NCBI RefSeq assembly: GCF_001194135.2
Contig: NC_068991.1
Coordinates: 73,057,609-73,121,608, forward strand
Direction: 5' to 3'
Source: Octopus bimaculoides
Lineage: Eukaryota
Length of the DNA stretch: 64,000 nt
How positions within the stretch are numbered: position 1 is the stretch's first letter; each line of letters begins with the position of its first letter. Shown here piece after piece: positions 1 to 14,433 of this stretch. Under the pieces are notes generated by a model, which saw only the letters and a list, made by a program, of their open reading frames with translations, was not told where the DNA came from and made no database searches. A program made the translations under genes and the position numbers.

Positions 1-731
1 CCGATCTAAGAAGCCTGTCGCATATATGTATATATATATGTATGTGTATGTATATGTCTGTGTGTGTCTGTCCCTATCTATACCTATCTTTTAGTATTCA
101 TAGACCCCCACACACACACACATATATGTAACACATCTTAAACAGCTAGGGATCCTCAAACCACTTTGGATGCCTCTATGTAATAATCGTTTCTATCTTT
201 GATAAGAAATAAACACGTATTTATTGCCTGAACATCAACGTATTCCGCCAGTTTCCAATTATACAGGTAATCATATTTGAAAACGGTAAAACGTTCACTG
301 ATTTTTCACGTAGATAAAGACGTCAAAGCCATTCTCTTTTGCTTCACACACTTTGATCTTTTGGATAAAGTGATATCAATAGCAAAAATACAAGAAAAAG
401 TTATGAATATTCTTTAGTGTTGATATCACTTCGTATCATCAACAACTTAACAACTTTATTTCTATTTTATTCTGATCGTGATTGTATAGTCGCTCGCTTG
501 ATTTGATGTCTTCTTATAGATTAAAAAATGCCTCGAGATTTATCATGCAGCAGACAAATAGACAAATCTTTTGCTTTGATAAATGTTTCTAAGTTTAATA
601 TTTGCTTTATAGTTATTATAATTGACATGTGAATTTAGCGTTTGTAGACAATTTAGATTTGTTTTAGAAAATCTATAAAAAAAAAGACATATATTAAGCA
701 ATGCGTATATATTTGTACATGTGTATATGCA

Positions 732-765
<34 letters not shown>

Positions 766-1385
766 TATATACATATATATATATATGTGTATATATATAT
801 GCATATATATATTTATATATATGTGTGTATATATATATTTATATATATGTACATATATANNNNNNNNNNNNNNNNNNNTATATATATATATATATATATA
901 TATATGCATATATATATATTCATATATATATATATATATGTGTATATGTAAGTATATATGTGTATATATATACATATGTTTATATATATATATATGTGTA
1001 TGTATTTACTCTAGAAACTGATTCCAGTGAATCACAACAGCCTTAAAGTAATTACCATATGTATATACATATATATATATATATATAATACTATATTATA
1101 ATGTATTATGTGGCGCTAGAGATTATTTCGTTGGGGCAAAATATTTATCCGTATGATGTTGCCAGTGTTGGTGTCAGGTCTAACCTCGTGGTTTTTTTCA
1201 ATAAATCTCTTCTCTTTGAATTGTTTACATGTAGGCTGAAAACAAAATTAGACTGGCTTTGCATTTGTTACAGTTGGGCAAGGCTGGTGATCTTGATGAG
1301 GGTGAACAAAACCAGATGGTGTATCTTATACTATCTTCTGCGGCAATATGGTCAATGTCATATAGAAAAGCTACAAGATTTTGTG

Positions 1386-1427
<42 letters not shown>

Positions 1428-1437
1428 NNNNNNNNNN

Positions 1438-1478
<41 letters not shown>

Positions 1479-2731
1479 ACAACAATTATTTTCACAGATT
1501 TATGACTTCAGTCATAAGCATCTTCTCTGAAGTTATAAAATTATCACAAGACAATTATGCAAGATTTATGCTTCTAGCAGAAACTTGTAAGTAGATTTGT
1601 TAAACAGAAACTGAAAGAAGCCTGTCGTATGTGTTTGTATGTGTGAGCCTCTGCGTGTGTGTGTAAGTGTGCTCTGTGCGTTGTGAGTTGTTTGTTAGTA
1701 TATGGAAAACTGGTTGTAAATAATGAATGACCTCTCATTAATGAAATCTCTATACGGTTCTGATATTTTGTGCATTTCTTGACTTGTCAGCTGCAATCTG
1801 TGGCGTTGTTTTTCATTTTTTGTAGAATGTAAACATTAATTAGAATATCGCTTCATTTTATTTACCAAGCTAAAACAACTCAGCAAATATGCATCTGTAA
1901 CAGACGTCAGTTGGGTATGGTCGCATATTATGACAATCATTGCCATTTATATTTCTCTACTATTTTAGCTTTATTTATCAATGAAGTTAATTATCTCCTA
2001 TAATCAAGAAGATAGTAAATCCTTTAAGCTTGATTAGGTCAATTGGTAAGAGTCTATTTATACATTAAGTAACGTTTATATATTTAAAGGAAAACAAAAG
2101 ACATTGTTCACAAATGGTAGATGCAAGATCGTAGTTAAAGCTATTAAACAAGCCATAGAAAACTTCTAGTTGATTATTTAAAATACAATATTTCATAAAG
2201 CATCCAGTTAACGATTGAGGAATTGTGTCAAAAATAAGTCATTGAAAAAGACTGTAGCAGACGTACATACGTACATACATACATACATACATACATACAT
2301 ACCCTGTTGTTGATTTTGGTTTTCCAATGAAGGAGCCTTGAATCTAGGTTAGAAACCGGCTCTTTCTCTATTGGAAAGAAATCTTCAAATAAAATTGATC
2401 AATGACAAACAGACATACATACATACGACATCTGTCTGAAATGGAACAGGACTGGGTGTGTTGTGTGAACTATGAGGGAAAGAAGGATAAGCAGTTTGTA
2501 TTATCTTCTAACATGGTTCGGTGGGAGTATATAACTGTAATCTTAGCCTTCTGCAACCATTGCATACCTTTCCACCTGCGTTTGTTTACATCTCCTCTTA
2601 CCTCTTCTTTTTCAGGTGGTTCCGTACGAACGATGAACACCGAGCAGCGAATAAACTAGAAATGTTTGGTCCGGTTGTGAAAACCTTTACAAGCACTTGA
2701 AATATTTTTCCACGTGTAGGGAGGTAACACC

Positions 2732-2792
2732 ATGACACGCGCAAATGTTTTTTTGAGTGACACAAGTGGTTCAAAGAGGGGTGCGAAGAGAT
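2732..2792 (+). CDS. Candidate first coding exon (MTRANVFLSDTSGSKRGAKR, phase-1 donor); product unknown
   Basis: Strong acceptor (cctcttctttttcag) before 2616, CACC-ATG at 2732, open frame to a GTAAGT donor at 2793. No homology recognised. Confidence 0.25.
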
Positions 2793-2936
2793 GTAAGTTG
2801 ACTCCAGGAGCTAGAGACCTTCAATGAGTACGACTGAGGTCAACGTAGGGAGGTCAATTAGCAAGTCTGCAAAGAGACCCTGCCGCTTTTGCTTCGCTCA
2901 GTGTGCATGAAGCTATGAGAATTGTGTTTGTATGCA

Positions 2937-3753
2937 CAGTACCGTGCAAAAGTCTTCGGCCACATTAAACTACTGTAAATTTCTACTAATTACCAACTTG
3001 TAATTAGATGTTTCACATTGCGCTTTTTACAGATGAAACATTGGCCCTGTTGGAGTTATTTCCATACCTTTTCATTGCATTTTGTAGTAAGGGTTCTGAA
3101 TGAGGGGGGAAGATGTGAGACGACCACCAAAAGTGTCTGTGCAAAATGATACAGTAATTTAAAAGAGAAAAATGACTGCAATGAAAATTTATTACGTAAT
3201 GTTCGTTTCAAGAAGTCACTATACATTGTTAATATTTAGTGTAGCTTCCCTTAGCTTGAATAATTGCTTCAATGCACCTGGGAAGAGATACGTACAAATT
3301 CTTCACCATCTTCACAGGTATGGGATGCCATTTCTCATAACTCTTCAAGATTGCGTGGATTCTTCTGACGAACTCTTCTCTGTCTACATTTGCTCGATGA
3401 TATTTAAGTCAGGGCTCTAAGCTGGCATATCTTTCAATACGGTAACGCCTTCATCAGTCAGACTCTGTTGTGTTGCACGCGATCTGTGGTATGGAGCTCC
3501 GTCATGCTGAAGAATCTCACCTTCATTTACGTCTGGTATCAAATTGTCCTTCAGCAACTGGATGTATTTGGCATATTCAAGTAAACGTTGATTTTAACCA
3601 ACTTTCTTGAACCATCACTCTTTATGTATCCCCAAAGCACCAAACTCTTAACCCAAAACTTCACTGTATTCGTCGTGGAACGTGGATCGTTTCGTCTTCC
3701 TGGAGGCCTTCTGACAAATTCTCGCTTATTAGAAACAATGTTGCACGGTACTG
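2937..3753 (-). mobile_element. Internally deleted Tc1/mariner DNA transposon
   Basis: Inverted repeat CAGTACCGTGCAA at 2937-2949 and 3741-3753, with TA on the right flank and CA on the left. The minus strand carries degraded DDE motifs (LQHDGAPYH, QSPDLNIIE). Confidence 0.85.
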
Positions 3754-4910
3754 TATGCATGTGAGAGGTGTGTGTATTTATATAGTTACTACGTAGAAAG
3801 ATGATTCTGCCGTGGCGAGAAGAGAGAGTTTTCTGTATTTCAGTTGAGATCTATCCGGAAATGTTATTATTATTATTAATAAGAGCTGAATCCTTTAACC
3901 AGGTTACGTTGAACGATCCCCACGTTCTATGAGCTCTTGCCGAAAGATTTCAATACCAGCACATAAAACCCTCTCTCTCTCTCTCCTCCCTTTTCCTCTC
4001 CACTCTCCCTACATCTTCAACTCATTATCTACCTCTCTGTTATCCCCATCGTTTTCTTATTTCTCAATAAAAGGCCCTTATACGGACATTCAGTAACTTC
4101 ATTTATTTTAAATACCATACTTTCACTCAGATAAATTGAGTTCGTAAAACTTTATTCTACTTGTCTCACCATACAATCGACTGTCATGCTTTAAATGGAA
4201 TATAAAAGCCAAGTAAAACCAAACCAAATAAAAGTGCAAGTGGTTCTCTGTGCAAGTAGCGAAAGTCGATATATTCATTTAAGTATTTCCATAAACGTGA
4301 TAAATACGAGGTAATCTATTATCTTACGATTATTCATAAAATCTATCATTAAGAAAGGCATAACGTCAAGATAAATTTGATTAAATAAGTGCCTAATAAT
4401 GTGTGATAATTACGATGTCTTGATTATTTCTTTTGGCATAATGGTACGTAAATTTAACACGCTTTCAACACACAGGATGCTTTATGTTAGCTAACCTAAC
4501 ACTCTACTCGCCACCATTTCATGTTCATTAGTACTTCTCTTAGATTTTACTGTTTATGTGTTTCAATCACTGCACTCCGGCTGTGCCTTCGCAACACATT
4601 GAAAGGTTGCAGACGCGAACAAATCGATCCAAATATATATTTGTTTCTTTTTAAAAATTCGTAATCATTCTATGGGTTTCTTTTGCTGAACAGCTAAGTT
4701 ACAGGGATGTAATCAAACCAATAGTGGTTGCCAAGCGATATGGATGGTGTGACAAAGAAACCAAAAGACATACAGACATACAGAGAGAGTGATTCACACA
4801 CACACAATACACCCCCTTATATATGTATGTTCATATATATATGTACATATAAATAAGGTTACTGATCGACTTGTGACCAGAGAAAGCCAAAATTTTCTAT
4901 AATGTGAACA

Positions 4911-5122
4911 GGAGTGGCTGTGACGTAAGTAGTAGCTTGCTTACCAACCACATGGTTCCGGGCTCAATCCCACTGCGTGTCCCCTTGGGCAAGTGTCTTC
5001 TACTATAGCCTCGGGCCGACCAAAGCCTTGTAAGTGGATTTGNNNNNNNNNNATTTGCTCGACTAAAGTCGGTGCCCCAGCATGGCCACAGTCAAATGAC
5101 TGAAACAAATAAAATAGTAAAA
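4911..5122 (+). mobile_element. tRNA-derived SINE, family A (head GGAGTGGCTGTGTGGTAAG), collapsed across a small gap
   Basis: Head, the ttgggcaagtgtcttctactatagcc core and the cagcatggcc...gactgaaac tail match other copies in the window. Confidence 0.9.
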
Positions 5123-5540
5123 GAGTATATTGAAACTCTAATATTTCTGCAACTCTAATCCATTGTTATCATAAAAATCTTTAACACAAGAAACACTGTT
5201 TTGACGATCTATAAATTTATGTATGACATTAAAATTTATAAAATGTGGCATTTCTAAGGGTCCCACTAGTTAAGTGTAAAGCGTAGAAGGACAGTGGAAC
5301 GCTTCTAATAAGCCATAAAATCGCGCCTGAAGAATTGTTAAATATAGGATCTGAATTTCCATTTATACATTTAAACACAATCATTAAAATATATGTGATA
5401 AAGAATATTAGGGGAAAAAAATGAAAAAGAGCATAAAATCATAAAGGATGTAATTAATGAGAAATATAATGTTAGAGCAATAAATGGTGTTTTAGAATGA
5501 AGGTGTAAAAAAAATAAATAGATAGAATGACAAAGTGCAA

Positions 5541-5618
5541 GGGGCAGAACGAGAGAGAGGTGGAGGGAGAGATGGAGGAGATAGGAAAAGACGGTAATAG
5601 ATAGCTGGAGATGGAGAG

Positions 5619-5696
<78 letters not shown>

Positions 5697-5985
5697 TTGA
5701 GTACATTAAGAGAAAGAGCGTTTAGAGGTAGGAACAAGTGAACACGTGATATGGAATAGAGAGTAAATGAGTGTCAGGAAGAGTAATGGATATATTGGTA
5801 AGACAAAACTAACATAGAGAGAGAGGAGAAGAGGGAGACAAAGATAGAGAGGAAGACAGACAGTATCAAAGAGAATGAAATAGAGGGAGACGGAGAGACA
5901 AGAGAAGGTAACAGAGAAAGAAACAGCGTGAGTTAGAGAAAGATAAAGAAAGAGAGAAAGAGAGAGTGAGAGAGAGAGAGAGAAT
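5541..5985. repeat. Purine-rich GA tract containing (GATA)n and (GA)n
   Basis: Directly visible simple repeats. Confidence 0.95.
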
Positions 5986-6686
5986 TCTATGTATTGCGAT
6001 CAGTTTTTTGTTACTCAAAACTACAACATTATGTAAAAAGCTGAAAGAAGTGGTTTAGTGAAATTAAAAATCGAATTGTATTTGATGAGTGAAGAACATT
6101 GAAAATGCTATTTTATAAACTATCTGTGAATTAGAAAAGCATTTTCTGTTTTGTTTTGTTTTTTACCAATATTTTGTTTATTTTCTCTTACTGCTATTTT
6201 ATTTTCCTTACACAGCATTCTACTTAACCTTTTAAAGAAACTAGTTTTACTGTCTTTAGACAACATTAACATTATGTTGGAAGAGCAATCCAATACATTA
6301 TAGGTTGCCAGACAACAACGATGCTGTTGTCTTGTTTCAGGTCAAAACAATTTGCTTGTTTCTTTAAAGTATTTATCTATCCATCTATCACTTATCGCTC
6401 CGTTTTTCCATCCCTGTTCTTATCTCTCTTTCCCCAATCTATCCACACATACACACACATCGTACACGCCTAAACACGACACATTTATAACAATTACATT
6501 GTAGAAAAATCGATTTAGTCATTTAAGCGTACAAAAACACTGTTTCACTCACTAATTTCATGTATTCATATTCGTACTGTCAATTATGAAGTGCTGTAAT
6601 GTTTCGTCGAACCTCTGAGAAGTGGATACTGACAAGATTTCTGCGTAGTTCATTAACCAGATGGCTAAACGTACATACAATAATTG

Positions 6687-6734
<48 letters not shown>

Positions 6735-6869
6735 CAGCCTTTAAAAATTCTTCAACCGTATCTTTTCCTATATCGAAGACATGTTTCTCACTTAATGTAC
6801 TTCTAAAGACACTAACATTGATACTGCTTCTGTGGAAACCGAATCTTTTGTTACTATTAAGTTTATAAA

Positions 6870-7300
6870 ACTCATGCTACTACACGCATCTCTCAGCGAC
6901 ACACACATACTCCATCGCTTTCTAACCTCCAGTTTCAGCCCCTATCAAACCATCGCCGTTATTGCACATATTGGGTCGACAGACCATTGCAGCATAGCGA
7001 CTACTTATCGCACAACCATATGTTACTGGAGACCTCACACTTCCCGGAAATTTTGGGCATTTCAAGTTGAAGTTTCTCCACTTTTATAGAAAGTGTCTCT
7101 GATATCTTGTGCATTTCTTCCTTGGCACATCAAGAGAACGAAGCAGATGAAATTGTGATTGGAGGTAAGGCTCAGAAGCATAGAATCTGTAAACCTGTGA
7201 TTACTATGCAAACATCTTTCCCTCAAAGCTACATCTTCTCCACCTAAATTAACGCTCTCAAGCCATCGATTGACTTGATGTAATGGTGTTTATTCTGTTA
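6870..7300 (+). mobile_element. Degraded non-LTR retrotransposon fragment (C-terminal end of the APE endonuclease, CR1/L2/Jockey group)
   Basis: Translation FLTSSFSPYQTIAVIAHIGSTDHCSI...SRKFWAFQ resembles the APE terminal 'DLFLTS...PLGSSDH' motif and what follows it. Confidence 0.65.
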
Positions 7301-7544
7301 CACGATTTCTTTTTATTCCAGTGTGCACCTAGCATTTTATATTGTCCGTTACTTTTAAGTATAAGAGGTTGCGATTTGTGTGTCATTAGGTTACTGTTTC
7401 TAGTGACACAAGCATCTACTCTGTGACTCCCTCATTGGCCCTTTTATATTTTTCAAGTATGTTGATATACTTTGTGACGTTGTTGCTCCACAGTCGCATT
7501 GTAAAACTTGGGAAATTTTATCAGTGAGAGGTAATATTGTTGAT

Positions 7545-7740
7545 AATATCGGAGCGGTGATTTGGCGGAAGCGTTAGAGACTCGAAGAGAAAGCTTTGTG
7601 ATATTTGATCCGACATTTTACGTTCATAATTCAAATCTTGCCGAAGTCAGCTTCGCATTTTATTCTTTCGAGGATGGATGAAACAAAGCACGACAGTCAT
7701 GTACCAGGGTCGATGTAATCGACTAACTCCCCACCTCTCC
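7545..7740 (+). mobile_element. Degenerate SINE, family B
   Basis: Decayed match to the ggcagaatcgttagc...gtaccag...gtcgatgtaatcgact consensus seen in other copies. Confidence 0.7.
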
Positions 7741-8069
7741 CTTACTTTCAGTCCTCCTGCATTTATTACAAGCAGTTATTGTCACTGTTATTTCTGCTGA
7801 TGCTGTGGTTGTTTCCTTGGCTTAGCGCTGATCAGACCTCGAGGAGCGGACATGTATTCATGCGACCATACACGCAATATCTTGGAATACGTTCACAGTT
7901 GTTCTCATTCTCAGTTTCTATTTTAGAAGACGCTAAAAAGTAGGGGAATGTGGTAACTATGTTTAGTAGAAGCTCTCGAATGCGCAAATGCTCCTCTTTA
8001 GCTCATAAGAGGAGATGTGTGGTCCTTCAGAGAAGCCAAACACATTTCTTTTTATCTTTTGCGGGTTTC

Positions 8070-8462
8070 AGCCATTGGATTGCGGCTATACAGAGTGCCG
8101 CTTTGAAGGGTGTACATTAGCAAATAACAAATCGATACCAGAACGTTCTTTTAAAAATCTGGTGTTAATTCTCTTGGTGTCTTTTGTCGATCCGTTAATG
8201 TAAAAAGGCCGTGAACAAAACAATACTGGTTGACAAGCAGTGTTAGACAAGCAGAAACACACACACACATATATATATACACACACACACACATATATAT
8301 ATATACAACGTGCTTCCACAGAATTTCCGTTGACTCATTTCATTCACAAGGCAATGGTTGGCCAGGGACTATAAAAGAAGAAATTTGGTCAAGGTGCTTT
8401 GCAATGAGACTGAACTCAAAACGTCGTGGTTGCCAAGCTAACTTCTCAACTACCCATCCCTG
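8070..8462 (-). mobile_element. Degenerate SINE, family A
   Basis: Reverse complement of the family A tail, internal (CA)/(TA) tract and head. Confidence 0.75.
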
Positions 8463-9128
8463 TTCGTACTTATATCGGAAATTGTTGAAGTAGCGTATGT
8501 TAGATCACATACTTTATTTCTCTACGAATCGGATAAATTATGATAGCAGCAAATATAATGTATAACATTTACTCCCTCATCATGCGCTCAGAACATTCCG
8601 TTGACTTTGTCAATGTAATGTTAGACAAGATAATAAGCAGGTATTATTTACAAAACTTGCTCTCTATTTGCATTCCCGATATTCTTTGTAGTTTAGAAAT
8701 TGACGACAAATGCATCATATATCGAATTGTTTGAAGAGTATTGATAAAGCTCATCGTTACAAAAGTATTAACATGATATGGCTGTTTCCATTTGCGACGA
8801 GTTTGAAGGTTTATTTTGCAAATAAGCTATATTGTCCTTGTTCGCGAATACATTTTTGTATTGCAGTCCTTTAAATGTGCTTAACGACATTTATATTTTC
8901 TTTCTTAGTATATGCAACATGTGGTTTTGTCTTTAGAAATTCATACTGCGAGTCACAGCAAAATCATTGTGCACAAAACAAATATCAAAGAAAAAAATAA
9001 ATAAATAAACGAAACAGAAAAAGAAATTGTGGAATATTTTGATTGGTAGTGTTTCTTTTTTCCTGTGCTACGGACATGCAAAACCCAACGTATACACATA
9101 TACGCATGCATGCATGCATGAATACATG

Positions 9129-9194
<66 letters not shown>

Positions 9195-9214
9195 NNNNNN
9201 NNNNNNNNNNNNNN

Positions 9215-9305
<91 letters not shown>

Positions 9306-10341
9306 GCTCAAATATCTGTATATGCGTATATATTGTATATGTATCTATGTAAAGCAGTTCAGCTTTCAGTGAAATCATAAGATAATACATAAAATATAAC
9401 TTATCCATGGTAACCGAGCATTTCTAGATTTAGAGCAATTATCTTGACATAAACTATGAAACCAGTCTGTAGCAATGTACAAGGAAAGTGATTTTTGTGA
9501 AATACGTGGCAATGAAAGCCTCGCCAACTTCAAAATGTAGAGGTCTACGTGCGAAACATTCAAAGCTACTTTAAGAGATCTATTATTTGATCGATTCTTT
9601 GTGTATTATCTATCTATCAATGTTCAATATTTGGATTGAGTTTATTGACTGATTTCCTAGATGATCTATTCAAATCCGGTGAAAACAAGCTGTGCAATTA
9701 TCATCTCGGTATCTTCTCTATATTTGCATTCTGCAACTGTTGGCTTCCGCAAAAACATTGTCAGAATGTGAACATTGGTGGATAACAGGAAAGAAATATT
9801 TTCATTTGAGCTGAAAAGGTGCAAAACAGCTTTTTTATCAACGAAAGAAAATTTGTCATTGAGTTTTCAGAAAGGTATACATGAATGGTTCTGGGGTTGA
9901 TAAAGCATCTGGGTGTTTCATTTCCAGGGAGATTCGATTATCAGAGATGAAATTATTGTACGTAATAGCAGTGAAGTTTAGTAAATGTCAAACTTTGTCA
10001 CAAACACACACACATATATATAGATCTCAAAAATGTTCAATGCCATTCTCTAAATATCAGAGAGCACTTCTAGAACAAGCTCTACCAAAAGCAGAGGGCT
10101 GCTCCATTCCTATTGGTCTGCCAGCTCTTAGGTCATCAATACGGAATTTCTGTTTGCCCGTGCTATTGTTATATAGTCGTTAACCTACAATAGGTTCATC
10201 GTCCTTTAGACAGCGGGTGGGTTTCTACCAACCATCCTCACCATGAAAGCCAAACGACTCGACCATTCTTCTAGTTGTACTGGATTCCATGTTAAGCGTA
10301 GCACTCAAGTAAGATGACATAAACATACATACATACATACA

Positions 10342-10373
<32 letters not shown>

Positions 10374-10749
10374 ACTGCCGACGAACCGACTTTGAGACGA
10401 TTACAAATACAATCCATCAATGGAACCTTCAAAATTTGTACGACTTTCCAAAGTTTAGCGCCTATGTATATATGCGCATGTCTAGACATGCAGCTATATG
10501 CATAAAATGCATAACTAGAATGAAACAAGTAAAATTGCACATGCACCAACTCAAAATATTGTGCATTTACACACAAACATGCAGAAATACGCTGTTGATG
10601 TTCTCTAAAATTCCAGTAAAGTGGTCAAGGATCTCGCTTGCAAAACGTCATTTCGTCTATTGGCAAGTATTCTACAAATAACGATAAATATAAAAAATAT
10701 ATACATACATATATACATACTCTATCCCACACAGAGTACTACCAGTACC

Positions 10750-12030
10750 TAGGCATTGGTGAAAACATATAGAAAAGTGCTGTGAGTAAGCATTGAGGGA
10801 CCTGAGATTGTTATGTTAGACTTATGGCAGTCGGAACTCTCCACATAGAACAAGACAATAGCCAAAATGCATTTGCAGTATCAATGTTGATTCCAGCGTT
10901 TGGTCATCTCGACTGGTATGTAGAAGAAATTCACTCCATTGGCTTTAAAATCCGCAAGACGTTGACATATAGCGGAAATCTCCCCAGAAATAGTGATATT
11001 GACAGGTTCTTTTCTAAGAGACAAAGACGGTTGAAGCTGGAGATTAGTTCAGCCTTTGAATGTCGTATAATCTTTCTGAGACAACACTTGCTAAAAAATA
11101 GTAGTAAGCGTAAATACATTAACTCAGTGCTGAAAATTGAAGAGAGCAATAGCTTACGTGACTGCAGTGGGCACCTAAAAAAGTACTCTCTTACTGATGA
11201 CCTCCCATACAACTCCAAAACAGCCGAGTTAACATACCTAAACGAAGACCTTGATGTGAAGCTTTCAGGAAATCCCACTCATATAAAAGAGCACGGTTAT
11301 GTTCCTGAAAAACTTGAAAAAGTCAGTAATATCGACATGAGGCGAAGCCACTCTTGGACTCGAGACCGCTATATCGCATCACACTTCCAAGGTTTATGCA
11401 TTTGCAGTCTATGAACTGGAGATTGCTACGAAATACCTCATGAACAAAAGAGACAGTGAAGCCTTGGGAGCTCCATGATGCAATCAAAAATGTAGATTAC
11501 GTCATATTTTAGTGGAAGACTTCACACAAATGATAAGCAGTTACCCAAAAATGTCATCATGGTACTACTTGCCTATGTAACACGACGTTGTCGCAAAAGC
11601 AGAATATAATGCTCTTCTGAAATAAAGACTATCCTGGAAAAAATATAGAGAATCTTTCTGTTTCTGAATACACACACAAACATCAACACACGGTATACTG
11701 ATGGAACTTTCGCATCAAATCACCTGTCATGTGTAATCATAACTTGTCGGACATTCTCGTTTGAGACAGACAAGAAAAAGCATGTACCATCGTTGAGGTC
11801 AGCTGTCCCGCTGATATCCCTTTCAAAATCAAAGAGAATTACTACGGACAATTACTTCGAAACCTCCAGATTATAAATTCACATTTATACAATTAATAAT
11901 TGATGCATTTAGTTTTTGTGAGGAAATCCCAAAGCAATGATCTGGATAAGCTAGGGTTTTCAGAAAAGAAATCGACCAGCTAAATCGCACGTTACAAATA
12001 CAATCGATGAGTGGAACAGTAAAAATGTGC
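10750..12030 (+). mobile_element. R4/Dong-like (RLE-type) non-LTR retrotransposon, 3' half, degraded
   Basis: ORF 10824-11414 carries the post-RT motifs (LW.SELS; AFAVSMLIPAFG.LDW..EEI....KIRKTLT.SGN..RNSDIDR). A decayed CCHC knuckle follows (KCRL...HDVVAK), then the restriction-like endonuclease PDILV...IVEVSCPAD. Stops and frameshifts are present. Confidence 0.85.
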
Positions 12031-12372
12031 AACATTTTCTCATGTTTACGATGTGGCAATGTTTTTATCTACATTGCACAGATGGCGCTTTGTATCTTTG
12101 TTGCAAACAAGAGAAAGATTTAAAAAAAATTATATATATATATAAATACATGCATACATACATACATATATATATATATCACGGAGGTGTGAGTTCGAGT
12201 CTCATAGCTAACCACCTACACTTTTTTCTGCAAAATAGGGATAGTTTATCCTGTTCAGGCTATATTATTAGCATTATCCTGCGATTGAGAACTTAAAATC
12301 ACTTCTTTAACTTTCTAAGACATCTCAACGCTTTTGTTTGTTTACGTTTATCCTAATTTGAATTTATATATG

Positions 12373-12413
<41 letters not shown>

Positions 12414-12998
12414 CTCTTCCCGTGTCATTCTACTATGGCGTCTTTGTCGATCTTATTTCTATGCTCTTTGGCAATTCAGGCTCGCCATTTTCTGATTCAG
12501 TTCTGGACTCTTGTTAAGCCTGCGTATATTCGTTTTCTATCTAATACTATTTCTGCTGATGAAATATACTGCGAAAACTCACGCGCTCACACATGTACTC
12601 ATATATACGCATGCTCACATACATATAGATAACCACAGAGAGAGAGAGAGAGAGAGAGNNNNNNNNNNNNNNNNNNNNNNNNNNNNNNNNNNNNNNNNNN
12701 NNNNNNNNNNNNNNNNNNNNNNNNNNNNNNNNNNNNNNNNNNNNNNNNNNNNNNNNNNNNNNNNNNNNNNNNNNNNNNNNNNNNNNNNNNNNNNNNNNNN
12801 NNNNNNNNNNNNNNNNNNNNNNNNNNNNNNNNNNNNNNNNNNNNNNNNNNNNNNNNNNNNNNNNNNNNNNNNNNNNNNNNNNNNNNNNNNNNNNNNNNNN
12901 NNNNNNNNNNNNNNNNNNNNNNNNNNNNNNNNNNNNNNNNNNNNNNNNNNNNNNNNNTATATATATGTATACAGTCATACAAACACACACACAGATAC

Positions 12999-13033
<35 letters not shown>

Positions 13034-13039
13034 TATAAG

Positions 13040-13075
<36 letters not shown>

Positions 13076-13936
13076 TATATGTGTGTGCATGTATGTATAC
13101 GTATTGGTACATCCACATCATCATACAAACGCTGTATTCAAACACAAATAAGGGGCGTTGTGGTGATAAATGTGAAGACGCGATGCTACAAAAAATGCAA
13201 TATATTGATAACAATGCAAGGAGAATTATAAGAACGAGAACAAGAAATGGTATATTTCTTCTCCACAAGACGATGAAAATATATCACTCCGAATCAATAG
13301 CAATGTTAAATTCCTTCTCTTAGTGAACAGCAATTTTCATATCCTTCCACAATACAAGCAGTTACCAATTATTTTATTGATGGGCCGAATTGCGATTTAT
13401 ATGACAGCATCTCAAAGGGGAAACTGTCTGCACGTGAAACAGGTAATAAATGAAGGAAGTTATATTAATGTTTATGTATTGCATATAGGCGTGTATGTTA
13501 ATGGTATATATGTGAAGGTGTGTGTGTGTGTGTGAGTGTGTGTGTGTGCATACACATATACACGTATACACATATACATACACGTATAAATATATGCATG
13601 TATACATATGTGCTTTTTTGTATATATATATATATATAGATATGTATGATGTGTGTGTGTATATGTATGTATATCTATGTCTATATATATGTATGAGTAT
13701 ATATNNNNNNNNNNNNNNNNNNNNNNNNNNNNNNNNNNNNNNNNNNNNNNNNNNNNNNNNNNNNNNNNNNNNNNNNNNNNNNNNNNNNNNNNNNNNNNNN
13801 NNNNNNNNNNNNNNNNNNNNNNNNNNNNNNNNNNNNNNNNNNNNNNNNNNNNNNNNNNNNNNNNNNNNNNNNNNNNNNNNNNNNNNNNNNNNNNNNNNNN
13901 NNNNNNNNNNNNNNNNNNNNNNNNNNNNNNNNNNNN

Positions 13937-13989
<53 letters not shown>

Positions 13990-14433
13990 AGAGACATAGA
14001 AACAGAACAGGAGAAAGATTGCTAGGTCGTATATTCCGCCATTCGAAATATTTGAGAATTCATATTCGAATAACTGAATATTGCACATAAAATATATAGA
14101 GGTATGACCATATTTATAGCTACTATAGATTGCATGCATGTATATTTGCATGTGTGTGTATGTTTGTATTGCAAATAACATACTGTCGTACCTATACGAG
14201 TATATATGTATATGCATGTATGTATACTTACGGGCACCATAATGTCTGTTCATATAGAGCAAGCTATGTACGTACTTGAAGCCGCTTTAGGTTAAAATAC
14301 TGATGTGTGTAAATATTATAATGCGTATATAAATGTTGAACCACACATGACTGTAATATGTTGTCCGAAACGAAATTTTCAAAGAGACTTACCTGTTAAA
14401 AACATATGAAGTCGCTCAGAACGTTGATGGATC

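Noticed and set aside
6215-6370. Several plus-strand acceptor-like sites with short open frames (similar cases near 43080, 43392 and 44885)
   Set aside because: Donors are weak or phases incompatible, and such sites are expected by chance in AT-rich DNA.
10824-11414. Longest gap-free ORF (196 aa) as a host gene
   Set aside because: It is an R4/Dong-like retrotransposon remnant.
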